From Octopus sinensis (Eukaryota): 64,000 bases of DNA. The notes beneath the pieces were generated by a model. That model did not search any database. It was given only the letters and a program-made list of their open reading frames with translations, and was not told the origin of the DNA. How positions within the stretch are numbered: the stretch's first letter is position 1; every line of letters begins with the position of its first letter. Made by a program: the position numbers and the translations under genes. This document shows positions 14,620 to 27,054 of this stretch, piece by piece. Where the stretch lies: assembly GCF_006345805.1 (NCBI RefSeq), contig NC_042997.1:2046001-2110000 (forward strand). The letters are read 5' to 3'.

Positions 14620-15940
14620 CGTGTCTTTGCAAATGTCGCTGCAGTGTGGCAATTTCACCTCTGATGTCGTAATACAAGTGGCCACGAAAGCACCCTTCGA
14701 TCTTTGCCTCGTCGTGAACGGAAACCAATGAATGACGCACGAACGAGGCCAGTTTCCATTATTCCATGCTTTTCGTATACAAGCAGGCAGGAATCGATTT
14801 GAGCACTCTAATCTTTTCACTGTGATCGTCCCGGCTGCTTCGGACACTCGGCGAAGAACACATTTGGCGGAACAGTGCGGGCCGAAATGACCGGGAGGTG
14901 GACGTGCTACTGCCACACGAATGGCAACACCTGCTTCTTGACTCCCGCACCGACTTGAGCGACGTCACCGGAGCGACACCGCGCAGGCGTGAAACTGGAC
15001 GGGCGAGGAAAAGCAGGGTGGTCGACGCGGCGGCGATGCCCGCGGGCGCGACCGCGCACGAAGCAGCGAATAGGGCCGGGAATGCAAACGGACGACAGAG
15101 GCAAACGGACGAACATGCGCTAGGCGCGATCGCGAGCGCGCCGTCGCCACGAACATGCTGGAGCACAATTTTGAGACCCGAATGCCGACTATAAACTTTC
15201 CAAACGCAACAATTTTAATATACGTTACCGGAGTCAGAATTACCGCGGCTGTTGGCACCAAACTTGCCCTCCGGTCGATCATCCTTAACGGATTTGATGT
15301 ATACTCCTATCGACCGCAGGCCTCGACAGAGTCCCGCGTCGTCATTTTTCGTCTCTACCTCCCCGGGCCTTAAGTGGGTAATTTGCGCGCCTGCTGCCTT
15401 CCTTGGATGTGGTAGCCGTTTCACATGCTCCGTCTCCGGAATCGAAACCTGATTCCCCGTTACCCCTTGCCACCACGGTCGGCACTTACCGGCCCGTCGG
15501 CACTTACCGGCCCGTCGGCAGTAGATAGGGTGGACTTTCGGGGAACCCGTCGCGAGAAGACTATTCGGTTCTAGCCCGTGCGGTCGTACTGACTGTTTTC
15601 CAGTGTAAACAAAATCCAAGAGCGTGAAGCCGCAGCACGCCTCAACCCGCGTACGGAGCACGGCGGCTGCTGCGACCGCCAGTACGCGCAGTCTCAGTCT
15701 AATATTTGCGCCGTGACCTATGCAGAAGGCCGACCGGCAAGCGCTCGGCGCTCGTCCAGTCGGCGGTCGTTCGTATACGCGTCCGGCGTCACCGATGTGC
15801 GGATGAAGAGACAAACAGTTCGCTGAGCGGAACGGTTAATTATCCGGTCCGCTGCGGAAGTACGGGCGTGGGTGTGGGTCGAAGCAAGAGGGCCGATTTC
15901 TGGCAGCGACTGCTTTTCTACTCCTTTTCGTCGTCGTTCC
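14620..15940 (-). rRNA. highly divergent 18S rRNA-like fragment (5' ~half; orphan, probably pseudogene)
   Basis: The reverse complement contains eukaryotic SSU core motifs in order: GGTAACGGGGAATCAGG.TTCGATTCCGGAGA..GAAACGGCTACCACATCCAAGGAAGGCAGCAGGCGCGCAAATTACCCAC (15375-15470), GAGGGCAAGTTTGGTGCCAACAGCCGCGGTAATT (15238-15271), ATTAGAGTGCTCAAA, GCATGGAATAATGGAA, AGAGGTGAAATT and CATTTGCAAAG (ends ~14620). V2 and V4 are expanded. The 5' end position is uncertain. Confidence 0.9.
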
Positions 15941-17220
15941 GCCTGTCCGAGCGCGCCGCAGTAACTTCCAAACGGCTGCGAGAGACTGCGGTCAACGAGC
16001 GTGTACGATGACGATGGTCGGCAGCGACGGCCTCGACAACGCTCCAAAGCGACGATGCCGGGATGAGCAGAAGAGCGGGCTCTGCCGCCGAAGATCAACA
16101 AAGGGATGCTATTCGCGTTGGCGATGCAGTGACACCCGAAGTTGAAGCCACGATTCTGTCCGGGGCGGGACAGACGGCCCCAGTCTCTTTCGGGACGCCA
16201 CCTCGCCTGTGACAGATCGTGAAGCGACAACTAGCTCGTGTACGTGTCGACGGAGTGAAACGAGGCCAGCAGCGTAAACTGACCGGGTCCTCAACGGCGA
16301 GAAGAAAACGACGATCCCGCTCCGTACATGGAGCGGAGAGCGGGCGGAGGAAGAAAGGAGCAGGGTGCCCTCGGGGTGCGACGGTCACCTATAGTATGGG
16401 TGTTTGGTGTGGTGCTTCCGGCAATTTGCCAGATGGACCAGTTTCCGGTATCGACCACGGGGCTTACGCCTGCCTTCCGGCGACAGCGGCCACACTACCA
16501 GCATCTGCCGCGATGGCGTCCACGTGGACCAGAGCACGAGCGCGAGCATTCGTGCGGTAAAAACGATCGCGAGCACGAAATCGCAGAGCTGTTGGCGAAG
16601 TGCAGGTGATGCATGGTAGTGCGGCGGAGAGGTGGGGAGCGCAGTCGGCCGACCGGCGGTAACGACCATGCGGTTGCGGCACAGCCGGGAGAGCCGCCAG
16701 GCTGGTAGGCGGCGGCACCATCGGACGCCTGGAAGTGGACAGGCGTGTAGGACGACAGTGCACCTGTCGCCGTCCGTCGGTGGTGGTGGCAGAGCGTAGT
16801 CGATGGACGGAAAGGCGACAGGAAGACGGCCGCTGTAGGAGAAGTGTGGAGAAGGCGCGTGCGGTCGGGACCGGAAAAACGGCAGAGAGACGGCCGCGTA
16901 CAGGCGAGGGGCTCCGCGCGGCGTCCGCGCACACTGGCGTTATGGTCCACCACGGAAGCCACGTTGGCAGAAGGACACCGCGCTCGTTGCCGGGCGACGG
17001 CGGAGAGTAGACAATGCGGCAAACACGAGCAGGTGCACGAAAGCGCGGTCCTGCCCGCGGCTGCCACCAGACTGACAGCATCGGCTGGGGTAGCGTCCAC
17101 GCGGACGCGTGCGAAGGCGACAGCGAGCGAAAGCGACAGCGAGCTTTCGTGCGCGAACATGAAAGTGCGGAGGAAGTGGAGTATCCATCGGTGAAGTGCA
17201 TACGATGACATGACAGCGCA
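15941..17220 (-). other. GC-rich block contiguous with and upstream of the 18S-like sequence; putative 5' external transcribed spacer
   Basis: Same high GC/CpG composition as the 18S-like segment, no break in between, sharp fall to AT-rich DNA after ~17.2-17.5 kb. Identity is inferred from position only. Confidence 0.45.
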
Positions 17221-20200
17221 GTGGAAAGCGGAAAGCTGTTACTCGCTCTGCTACAGCTGTTGGCGTTCCTTGCGCTTTTGTCACCACTACTGCCTCTTGT
17301 ATTTGTTGTTTTTCTTCTTTTCCTTTTTGTTGTTGTTGTTGTTCTTCTTCTTCCCCTTCTGCTTCTTCTGCTTCTTCTTCCGCTGCTACTGCTGCTGTTG
17401 CCGCTTCTGCTCCCTCAGCTCTTGCCGATACTGCCTCTACTTACAATTTGACTTCATCTGTTTCTATGTTGTTTGGCGGCAAACTTCATGAGAAGCCTGC
17501 TGTGTTTTGAAGCTCTATATTGAAAGATAATTACAACGAAAAACAATACGACACGTTAAATTACAGCATTTATGTTTCAGGTCCTTACATGAATCATTTT
17601 GTTCGGCTTCTCGTCATTATAGTCAACGTATGCGTAATTTTACTGAAATCAACTCTCCTATATAAAATTCTTTAACTTCTTGAAATGAAGACAGTGATTT
17701 TAACAAGGACAGTAAGTGAAATCCAATATTTTCCTTCAAAATGATATACTTAATAAGTATTTATATATGTTTCTACTAATAGACCATAATTATTTTCATC
17801 CAACAGCGATTTAAAAATAAATAGAAAAGATATACTTCATGCTGGCAGTTACTGATCCTATAACTAATTCTGGTAAAATTATAATATAATTGATCCAATT
17901 ATATTATAATTTTGTTATTGAATTAGTGAGTAATATTGCATCAGCTATATGTGATTTCACTCGCATTATCAACTTTCGAATGTCCTCAAATACAAACCCG
18001 TTGACCGAACGTAAGAAAAGAAGTTACGCACATCACGTCTGTTTCCCATATCCAAATATTTTTACTTGTATGATAATGATTTTAAATATTGAATTCGAAA
18101 CCAAAGATTAATCCGTGAAAGCAAATGTGGAGCACTACAAATTCTCTGAACCTACACTATTTTTACATTCTTCTTTCATTAAGCAGCATAGTATGGTCGT
18201 TAACGACGAAAAACCTAAATCGTATTATATATTGTGATTCTTGATATTTCTTTCTTACCTTTCTGTCTTTCATTACTATCTTCTTATTCGTCTCATTTAA
18301 ATTGTATTCTGTCTTCTCATTTTTCTTTCCCATTTAAAATATTATCTGATTTTCAGGAATTCTTTCGACAAATGATGTGAGTGATAAATGGTCAAATCGA
18401 TTCTGAGCTGGAAATTTTCCATAGTATTCGCACTTTCTGATATACTACCCACTTTAAATTTTATGTCCTCAGCGTTTCCATCAGTTTTACCTCACTGACA
18501 ATAGGTACAACATTAGTGCATTAATTCACAACTGAAGTCAATGAAAACACAAAACTAGTGTTAGTTCACGTTGAATGCCATGTTAAACATCTTTGGCACG
18601 TAAGTTCTGCGAATCGTATGAACGTAAATACATTGCACGAATACCGATTCTTAATGGTCTCCATTTAACTCAGAAAGAATAGTTTAGAAAAGTGGCTTAA
18701 ATTTAATACGCATATTCTGTTATAACGTTTAGTTGATTTCATTTATTGAGTATGAGTTAATAAAGACACAATCAAAATATTACTTTGGTAACCGTTATTA
18801 AATTAAGGATATATTTATGGTTTTAACTAATATGTTTGCTCCCAAGCAATAATACAATGTTGACTTTAGTTATTTTATTCTGTTCTAACAAGAATTTCTC
18901 TATATATTTCACAATTGCCATCATTTGATATACTGTGTTATTATTTTTTTCTTTTGCTATAGTTTTTGTACTTTTAGATCTGTTGCAACGTGACTCTGAT
19001 TTTCATTTCGCTTTTGTTTTGAACAAACATCTGAACAGTAGTTCATCCATTGTTGTCTCACCGGATGTTTCAGTCTTTCTATTGAAATTTAACAAAATGA
19101 TCATCAATTAGTTTCCCGATACAAAACTTATTATTTCCCACAGTTTTATGTGTGTACATTGAACTATAAAGAGGTCTAACAAATACTCCAAATAACTCTG
19201 TTTAGCAGAATATCGAACAACGTAAAAGTCAGCCGTTTCAGAATACATAAGTGAATTTCATTTCTCAACTTTAGATTCTGGGGTTCGAGGTTGTACCGAA
19301 GATCACAAAGATTATTATGATTGTTTAAATTCATGCGGCGAGGAGGCAGGATAGTTACCATCCCTGAAGGGAATTTATATTGAATTAAGTTATTTAAAGT
19401 CCTTTTTACTCAGCTGAACTTTGAACAATACCGGAAGAAAATTAACATTTACACATCTATATCTCATGCAATATGTAGTACTGATATATTGCGATAATCA
19501 AGAACAGCTAGAAAATTACTCAGACGGAATTAATATTTACAATGCTAAGCATAAAATAGAATTTACTTGTGTCAATGAATACTGAAACGTAGTTCACTAT
19601 TGATTAAACTGCACACACATTTGCTATTTTCCCTGTATCATACTGGGAGATGTATAGTAGTGTGGGGCTACCTCACCGACTAGCAAGATCATATTCTCTG
19701 CTGCATTTGTATCACTTTCGATGTTTCTAGAGTTTTCTATTTGTAGAGTATTAAATACCAATAATACCCGAAGTTGGGATGGCGAGTCTGTGACATTAGA
19801 ACATCTTGGTCCTGAGCCGAGGAAAATATTTGATTCTCTTATGTATATCTCATTACTATGTCTTCCCTTATTGTATGTGTTCTGCCATTTCATGAAAGTA
19901 GGACAGTGAATTTCTTTTTCTAACAGCCTTATCTAAAGTTTAAGGAAGTTGAATTATACGCAGGATAATGCATGTTGCATGCCTATTGAAACTGAAACAA
20001 CGATACTTTAACCTTAATTACTCTTTCAATTTCCCAGTGATTCAAAAACAAAGATAATAATGTATTACTGATTGGACAACCCTGCGTTGTTACCAGTGGT
20101 GAAAATATATACATTATATCATATGTGTATAAAGAAAACCTAGCCATTAACATCAAACAATCTCGGGAAGTTTTCCAAAAGTTTTTGGCTGCTTACAATA

Positions 20201-20399
20201 AGACTTGGCTAACACACTGAAATCCCATTACAAGCAGAAAAATCCGCGGGGGATAGAAGTAAACGATTCTGATAATTTTCTAGGAAAAAAAGTAAAAATA
20301 AGATCAATGTATTTGACAATGAATAACAAGTAGAGACAGTTCGATTTTCCATTAGGTTTAGCCAAATTTCGCTTTACTAATTATCCATTCAAAGATGTT

Positions 20400-20467
20400 T
20401 CTTAGCTGCTGCTGATACTGCTACATCAGCAACAACAACAGCAACAACAACAACAACAACAACAACA

Positions 20468-20527
<60 letters not shown>

Positions 20528-20550
20528 AGTACTACTACTGCTGCAACTAC
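20400..20550. repeat. compound trinucleotide repeat (CAA)n(CTA)n(CTG)n
   Basis: Directly visible. Confidence 0.95.
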
Positions 20551-21179
20551 AGAATGAGAAGATACTATTTGAAATAGGAAGGTGTGTGTGTGTATGTTCA
20601 TTTTCGTTAAGCATTTAGAATACGAATCCCTGTACAATCATATAAACACCTTCAGGAAAGCGAATATAAATAACCATATATAATATTATTATGCATTTTA
20701 TGGGGGAGGCCAAAGGAAATGAAACACTACTCCCAAAAGAGATGACGGGAAAGATATGTAGTGATATACATCTCGAAGACCCTGGAATATCTAGCTCCCA
20801 ACTTTTGAACTGAAAGCTATACCAAGTACGGAAATGTACGGCACTGTATAGTACCAAATGTCCCGTCTTCTCTATCTAGAATAAGGCCCGATTAGTAAAA
20901 TAGCTTGAGGTCTCAAGGATTCACAACTGTTCAATATTCTGTCAAACAACATCATAGGTTTGCGAGGTGTACATAGAGAGCTCTTAATGGAGTGTGTGGA
21001 CAAACTTTTATTTCAGACACCAAATGAACTCACATTGCAGAATGAGGGACCGAGAAGAGGAGCTCCATTGAACTCGCTACATCGCAAGAAACAGTACAGA
21101 AGGAAACCTAACAAAGTAACAAAGTAAATAACCTCAGCCTCATGGTCAAACCAAAGCAAGATTGTAGATTATATATACA

Positions 21180-21640
21180 TCGTGGCTGTGTGCTTTGAAG
21201 CTTACTTTTCAACCATATGGTTCTGGGTTTAGTCTCACTGCGTTGCACCTAGGGCAACCGTCTTCTACTAAAGCCTGAGGCCGACCAAAAACTTGTGAGT
21301 GGATGTGGTAGACGAATATATATATATATATTATATATATATATATTATATATATATATATATGTATATGTATATGCATATGTGTATATGTATATGTATT
21401 TGTGCATGTATGTGTATTCTTATGTGTGTTTGTATGTGCTTTACCCCACCGACATCGCTTGAAAACCAATGCTGGTGTGTTTATGTCTCCATAAAACTAG
21501 AGGTTCAGCAAAAGTGACCGATAGAATAAGTACTAGGCATACAAAGAATAAGTCCCATGGTTGATTTCTTCGATTGAAACCCTTTAAGACGGTTCTCTAG
21601 TATGGCTGAGTCAAATAACTTAAACCAGTAAAAGAATAAA
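21180..21640 (+). mobile_element. SINE family A, diverged
   Basis: gtggctgtgtg..aaccatatggttctgggtttagtc..ttgtgagtggat..gaccgatagaataagtactaggc, homologous to the 6953 copy. Confidence 0.8.
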
Positions 21641-21679
21641 ATAATATATATACATGGGTGTTTGTCTTTATCTAAATAA

Positions 21680-21880
21680 TTGCCTGTCGGTGTATTTGTT
21701 CCCTGCTATCGTTTGATAACAGGTGTTGGCGTGTTATGTAAATTAGCGGTGCGGTGGGGTGGGGAGACCGACAGTATAAGTACTACACTTCAAAGACAAA
21801 TCCTAAGGTCACTTTATTCGACTAAAACCCTTCAAAGCACTGCCCCAGCGTGGCCAAACTGGAATAACTGCAGCAAGTAA
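21680..21880 (+). mobile_element. SINE family A 3' half, old
   Basis: gataacaggtgttggcgtgtt..gagaccgacagtataagtact..ttcgactaaaacccttcaaagc..ccagcgtggcc. Confidence 0.6.
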
Positions 21881-24800
21881 AACATATACACATACATGCG
21901 CTGCTTTAACTGTGCCTCCTGTTTGGCAAGCTTCTTCTCATGAGTCTCTATCATTTGTCCTTAGAAGGGCAAAATATGTAGAATTTGAGACGTACATTAT
22001 ATCTTAGCGGTGTGCCGTTGGAATAATGTTCTTTGAGAACTAACAATTCTGAGAGATCAACTCGCAGCTGTCTGCATGTGATTATAGGGAGTAAACATAT
22101 ATTTTAATTTTTGTCTGCTTGTTTTGAGCTCCGAGGAAATGAGAGCTTCATCACTGAGGTAGTATTTGCTGTACTGAGTATCAGTTAATATCACTCCATA
22201 CTGATTTGGAGAAGGCATTCACTGTATCAACGTAACATCCATCAGCTAAGTATCTGCGGACGTTGTTGATGATATGCTGAAGGGGCTCTCTTCCAACCTG
22301 TGATACGGGTTGTCTTAATCCTTGAAGGTCGGTCTTGTAACATATAACAGGCACTGCTGATGATGCCAGAATTTGGTCATCTAAGAAATCTCTTATTGGT
22401 GAACTAGGGCAGGCTGGATTTGGTCTACAGTCCTTAGCACTCTGCTGATTTCATCACAACGTCCATGGCGAAGAACAAAAAGGTCTACCACTATAATGTA
22501 GTCAGTTGCCATGCGTTATTCCAAACTGTGACACTGCGATATTGTTCAACTATAAGTAACACTCATCTAAAATTTGCAGTAATAATCTAGGAAGAGATCG
22601 TTGACCAAGCTTAGGAAACTTTTCCTTAGAAAATTTTGCACTCTTAGTTTTTCCGTTGTTGATATGTAGGCATTTGTCGTGTTCACCGGGAGGACCAACA
22701 TATCTCCTTTTGTCTTTTTCCTTCCTCTTACTACGTGTTTATTTCCCATTGTGCAACACACACATACACATACATATATATATATCTAAATACAGAGAGA
22801 GCTAAAGCTACAAGAGCAGTATCAATATCAAAAGGTAAAAGTTTTCATCTCTTGTAAGTAGATATTGCGTAAGAATACTCCTATTCTTACCTTTCTTCCG
22901 TGTATTTCTTCCGTTGAAAGAGTTTTACTTTACCTTCCTTTTTATGCGTTAAACGAGTAAAGCATTTTCTTATAGTTACGTGGACCATGCCAGTTTCTTT
23001 CACTTTGCGTGTTTTTCTTTTGCTTTCATTATATATATATCATACATGACCTTCCAAAAATATTCATCAGGTGCTCCAATATGGCCATAGTCAAATGACT
23101 GAAACACGTAAAACATTTTCAGGGCCTAATAGGATTACTTATAAAGATCTACTAATATTAATGTAACTGATCCCTAAATATACGAGTATAAAAGACAACT
23201 CTGGATGATGAGAATAAGTTACAAGAAATTGACAATCAAGCATAACAAACATGCATTCCTCTCATCAGCAGCCAACCGCATATCAATGTATTTTCTACAC
23301 CTAGGCAGCTGCGTTCAATCTCACTGTGTCGTATGCTTTAAAATTATAAACGCTGCCTGGGAATCTATTACATTTTTATTACATATCATAGTACTGTGTA
23401 TAAGTTAGTGGTATGTTCCACTACTTATATACACATTGACTGCCGATATAGTACATCGAACACCTGAATAGTCATCGTTGAATACGTTGAATATATATTT
23501 GTGGGAATGTATGTATATATGTATGTGAGTGTGTGTGTATGCGATTGTGCGCAAGTATGTGTGCATGCAAATCCTTCTACAGGTTACCTGTTAATTATGT
23601 AAGCTTTGGCCTTCATATGTATCTGTTCGTCTTTCTGGAAATCGTCTGTTCATGATAAAAAGAATGGTTTTCGAATGTCTTTGTGTATCCCTGCCAAAAC
23701 ATAAAATTGATACCTAAGGTGAAAGCTTTGTTATCCTTGCATATGTTCTCATGGCATAGAAGTATGAGGTATAAAATCCCTACTTCACGAAGCCGTTATT
23801 TTTTTTTCAGAGATTAACACTAATTTTTTTTATATTACTTCAGAGTATATTAGCGCAACCTAGGAATAAAATGCTATCTTCTAGTTAGACATTCAGGTTT
23901 GGAATGTCTTGGGATAGAAAGTCAACTTTCTGGACAACTGAACCTGTCCCTTCTGGAAATCGACTTTAAAGAATTTGGCTTCTTCTAGGCTAACTCTGCT
24001 TCGCCTTGTTGCCGTAGGTCTTGTGTGACATTTCTGCTACTCTTTCGAATTACCCACGTCATCTTTCGTATTAGTGAAGTAAGATGTTTTCAATCTAGGT
24101 ACACGATTCTATGCTATTTCTCGTGGAAATACTTGTACAGACCTTCGGTGGATTCTGGACATATTTCAAAATGTTATAGTTCTTTATCGTAGTACAGGCT
24201 GCAGAAATTTGTTTCAAGTATTGATAAATATTTATGCATATATGAAAGGAAGTAATCAAACTGTTTTTACAATGATTATGAAATGAAATGATCAAACCGT
24301 TAATGTCCACACTGAAGCTGCAGTTGGAATATGGATGTCTCAACGTTTTGTAGTACTTACTGAATATGCTCCCAACAAAATATTAAAAATGTAGTACCCT
24401 TCAAGGGTTCAAAGATCAAGTACAAATTATCGACAGTTGTAAGTCATGTTCGAAAACACGGGTTAAAATTTCTTTACAATCAGCATTAGTATATATTATT
24501 TATTCGTGCTTCATTGATTGTCAATGAAAGTTTATGTACACATAAATATTAGAAATAATTTGTAAGAGTTTATACGAATATGGTATTTTGAGGATGGCAC
24601 ATTGCCATAGAATCCGACATGCCTGGTTGGAACTGTTGTTCTGAAACTTCATGCGTTGAATGCCTTGCTTTCGTCCATGGTTTTGTAGGGAATTTTGTTA
24701 TATATAATGCTATTTATAACAAAAGTACTCCAAATTTTAGAATTTAAATTCTACTTGCTTAAAAACAAATCGATTCTTATCCTCTATCTATTAATTCTTT

Positions 24801-25264
24801 CTCATTGCCTGCTATATTTCCTGTTTTTATCTTCATTTCTATCTGCTGTCTTTTGTTTATGATTGATTGTAATTTTACTTACTGTTAAGCCAAAATATGA
24901 TTGAAATCGTAGTTAACGGAAACAATACTATTAATGTAGTAATAGTCTCATAGTAGCTTTTACAATGAGAATATCAAGTGTATGAGTTTCGAAGAGAAAT
25001 ACGCAGAATAAAATGAGTGAATAAGTAGTATAGCCCTAGGGTTGCCGACTTCTTTTCATACTTTTGATGTTCTGAAATACTTGTTATAAACTATATCCAT
25101 ATTCTCTTATTTAAGAATTTATTTTAATGTGAGAATGTAATGAAACGAACAAACGTCACGGCTCACCTACTCATTAAAATACGACAGATGTGCGGAGGAC
25201 AGCAGAAAATAGAAATAATCCATATAAGGGTCGAAAATAAACTTTTATATACAACAAAGAAAGT

Positions 25265-26510
25265 GTTATATTCATATTTATCCTTATGAAAATTACCAGC
25301 ATCATAATAAAGAATGTGAGTGTAGTTATGTATAAACTAAAACTAATGCAATTAACGGTTATTTAAAAATATAAGGGAGAAATGTTTTATGAAACGTTCG
25401 CTCAATAGAAGAGTATATAAATAATTCAAACTCCAAATAGGTCACGTATGTAAGGAAGTTTTATAGAAATGTCCAATAGAAAATCCTAGTTACGTTTGAA
25501 TTACGATATGACTTAAGAGTTATAAAAAAATTATGTATGGTGTGCATTTAAAAAAATATGCGTGAGAATGAAATTAAACTAGTGAAAGTTGTATATGAGT
25601 GGCTACTAGGATGCAACAGAAACAAGTATTAGGAGTAGATATACTTAAAGAGATACGTAAAATGGAGTGGTGTTAGTGTACTAATATTCGTTGTATGTAT
25701 TAAATATACTCATGATTTTTTTCTTATATTCGTAATGCACGATAACATTCTATTAATTGAATACTTATTAATTGAATACATAATATTACTATATACTTAC
25801 CTCTCACTTTATGCCAAGCTAGCTTCTTATCTCACACTTTTATTTATACCAATGCATAGTTAATGTATTGCATATTAATACTTATAATTTAAATTTTTTT
25901 CTCCCTTTTTTACCTAGCTATATTATCTCCCGTACATTGTTATTTTCAGTTTACTGCATCTAATTAAACCTATGAACGTTCTATCTAATATTTATATAAT
26001 ATTTATAGCCACAAGTATTTACTATCTAAATCTGTAATATTAACAAATAATTCCCTATTTTTAAATTTGTTTACCTTATATTTAATATATACAGACAAAG
26101 ATCGGTTCTTATACTAACACAACTACATAGTCTCTTTAAGAATTTCTACCTCACTATACCAGTTTTGGTTGCAACCTAGCGGCCGCATATACACTTGTTT
26201 CACTGGTTAATTTCATTCTCAAGCACAATTTTTATAAATACACACCATACTTAATATTGTTTCTAACTCTCAAGTCGTATTGTAATTCAAAGATAACCAT
26301 GCTTTTCTATTGGGCATTTCTATATAACGTCCATAACAAATGACTTATTTTGAGTTTGAATTACTTATCCACTTACTCTTCATATAGAAAACCGTTTCAT
26401 ACAACCTTTTACAACTATATTTTCAAATAATTTTTAGTTGAATTAGTTTTAGTTTATACATAACTAGACACACATTCTTTATTATGGTGCTCATAAATAT
26501 GAATATCTCA
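25265..26510. repeat. diverged inverted repeat: arms ~25265-25720 and ~26080-26510, spacer ~360 bp
   Basis: Matching blocks such as tagttatgtataaactaaaactaa, aattcaaactc.aaata.gtca, tagaaatg.ccaatagaaaa and tgagaatgaaattaa occur in reverse-complement order in the two arms. Confidence 0.8.
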
Positions 26511-26882
26511 AATAATAATCTGCAATTTCCTTTATCAAGTCCTCTTTAATGATAATTTTTGTGTTCATAATTCTTGCACTGATGGGAACAGTGTTATATA
26601 ATTAATTTAATTTAATCAAATTAATTTTTATTATTCTACCATGAATTTGCATGTTTTAATATCCCTGTTTGAAACGATCGTATGCATGAATTAAAACTCT
26701 TTCAAATTTTAACATCTCGTCACTATTCGTAACAAATTTGATCAGTTTTAGGGGATACCTCTCCATAACTTCACATAACACACCATATAAAAGTATTATT
26801 TTCATATTCGCAAACTTATGCCAGTAAGCTACCAGCAGAATATGAAGAATCTTTATGAGAAATCGTTTCTTGGAATACTCCA

Positions 26883-26922
<40 letters not shown>

Positions 26923-26984
26923 CTATGTATGTGTGTATATCTATACCTATCCATCTGTCTATGTATGCATGTCTCTCTTTATAT

Positions 26985-27054
<70 letters not shown>

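Noticed and set aside
16455-16480. ggggcttacgcctg resembling the 5.8S 3' end
   Set aside because: About 14 nt only, wrong strand and wrong position relative to the 18S.
14596-17287. Many long overlapping ORFs (up to 245 aa) on both strands
   Set aside because: Expected in GC-rich DNA with few stop codons; they overlap recognisable 18S sequence and show no domain motifs.
25380-25700. Frame readable if TAA/TAG coded Gln (ciliate-type genetic code)
   Set aside because: Stops at this density are expected in AT-rich decayed DNA; the second arm does not keep the same stops.
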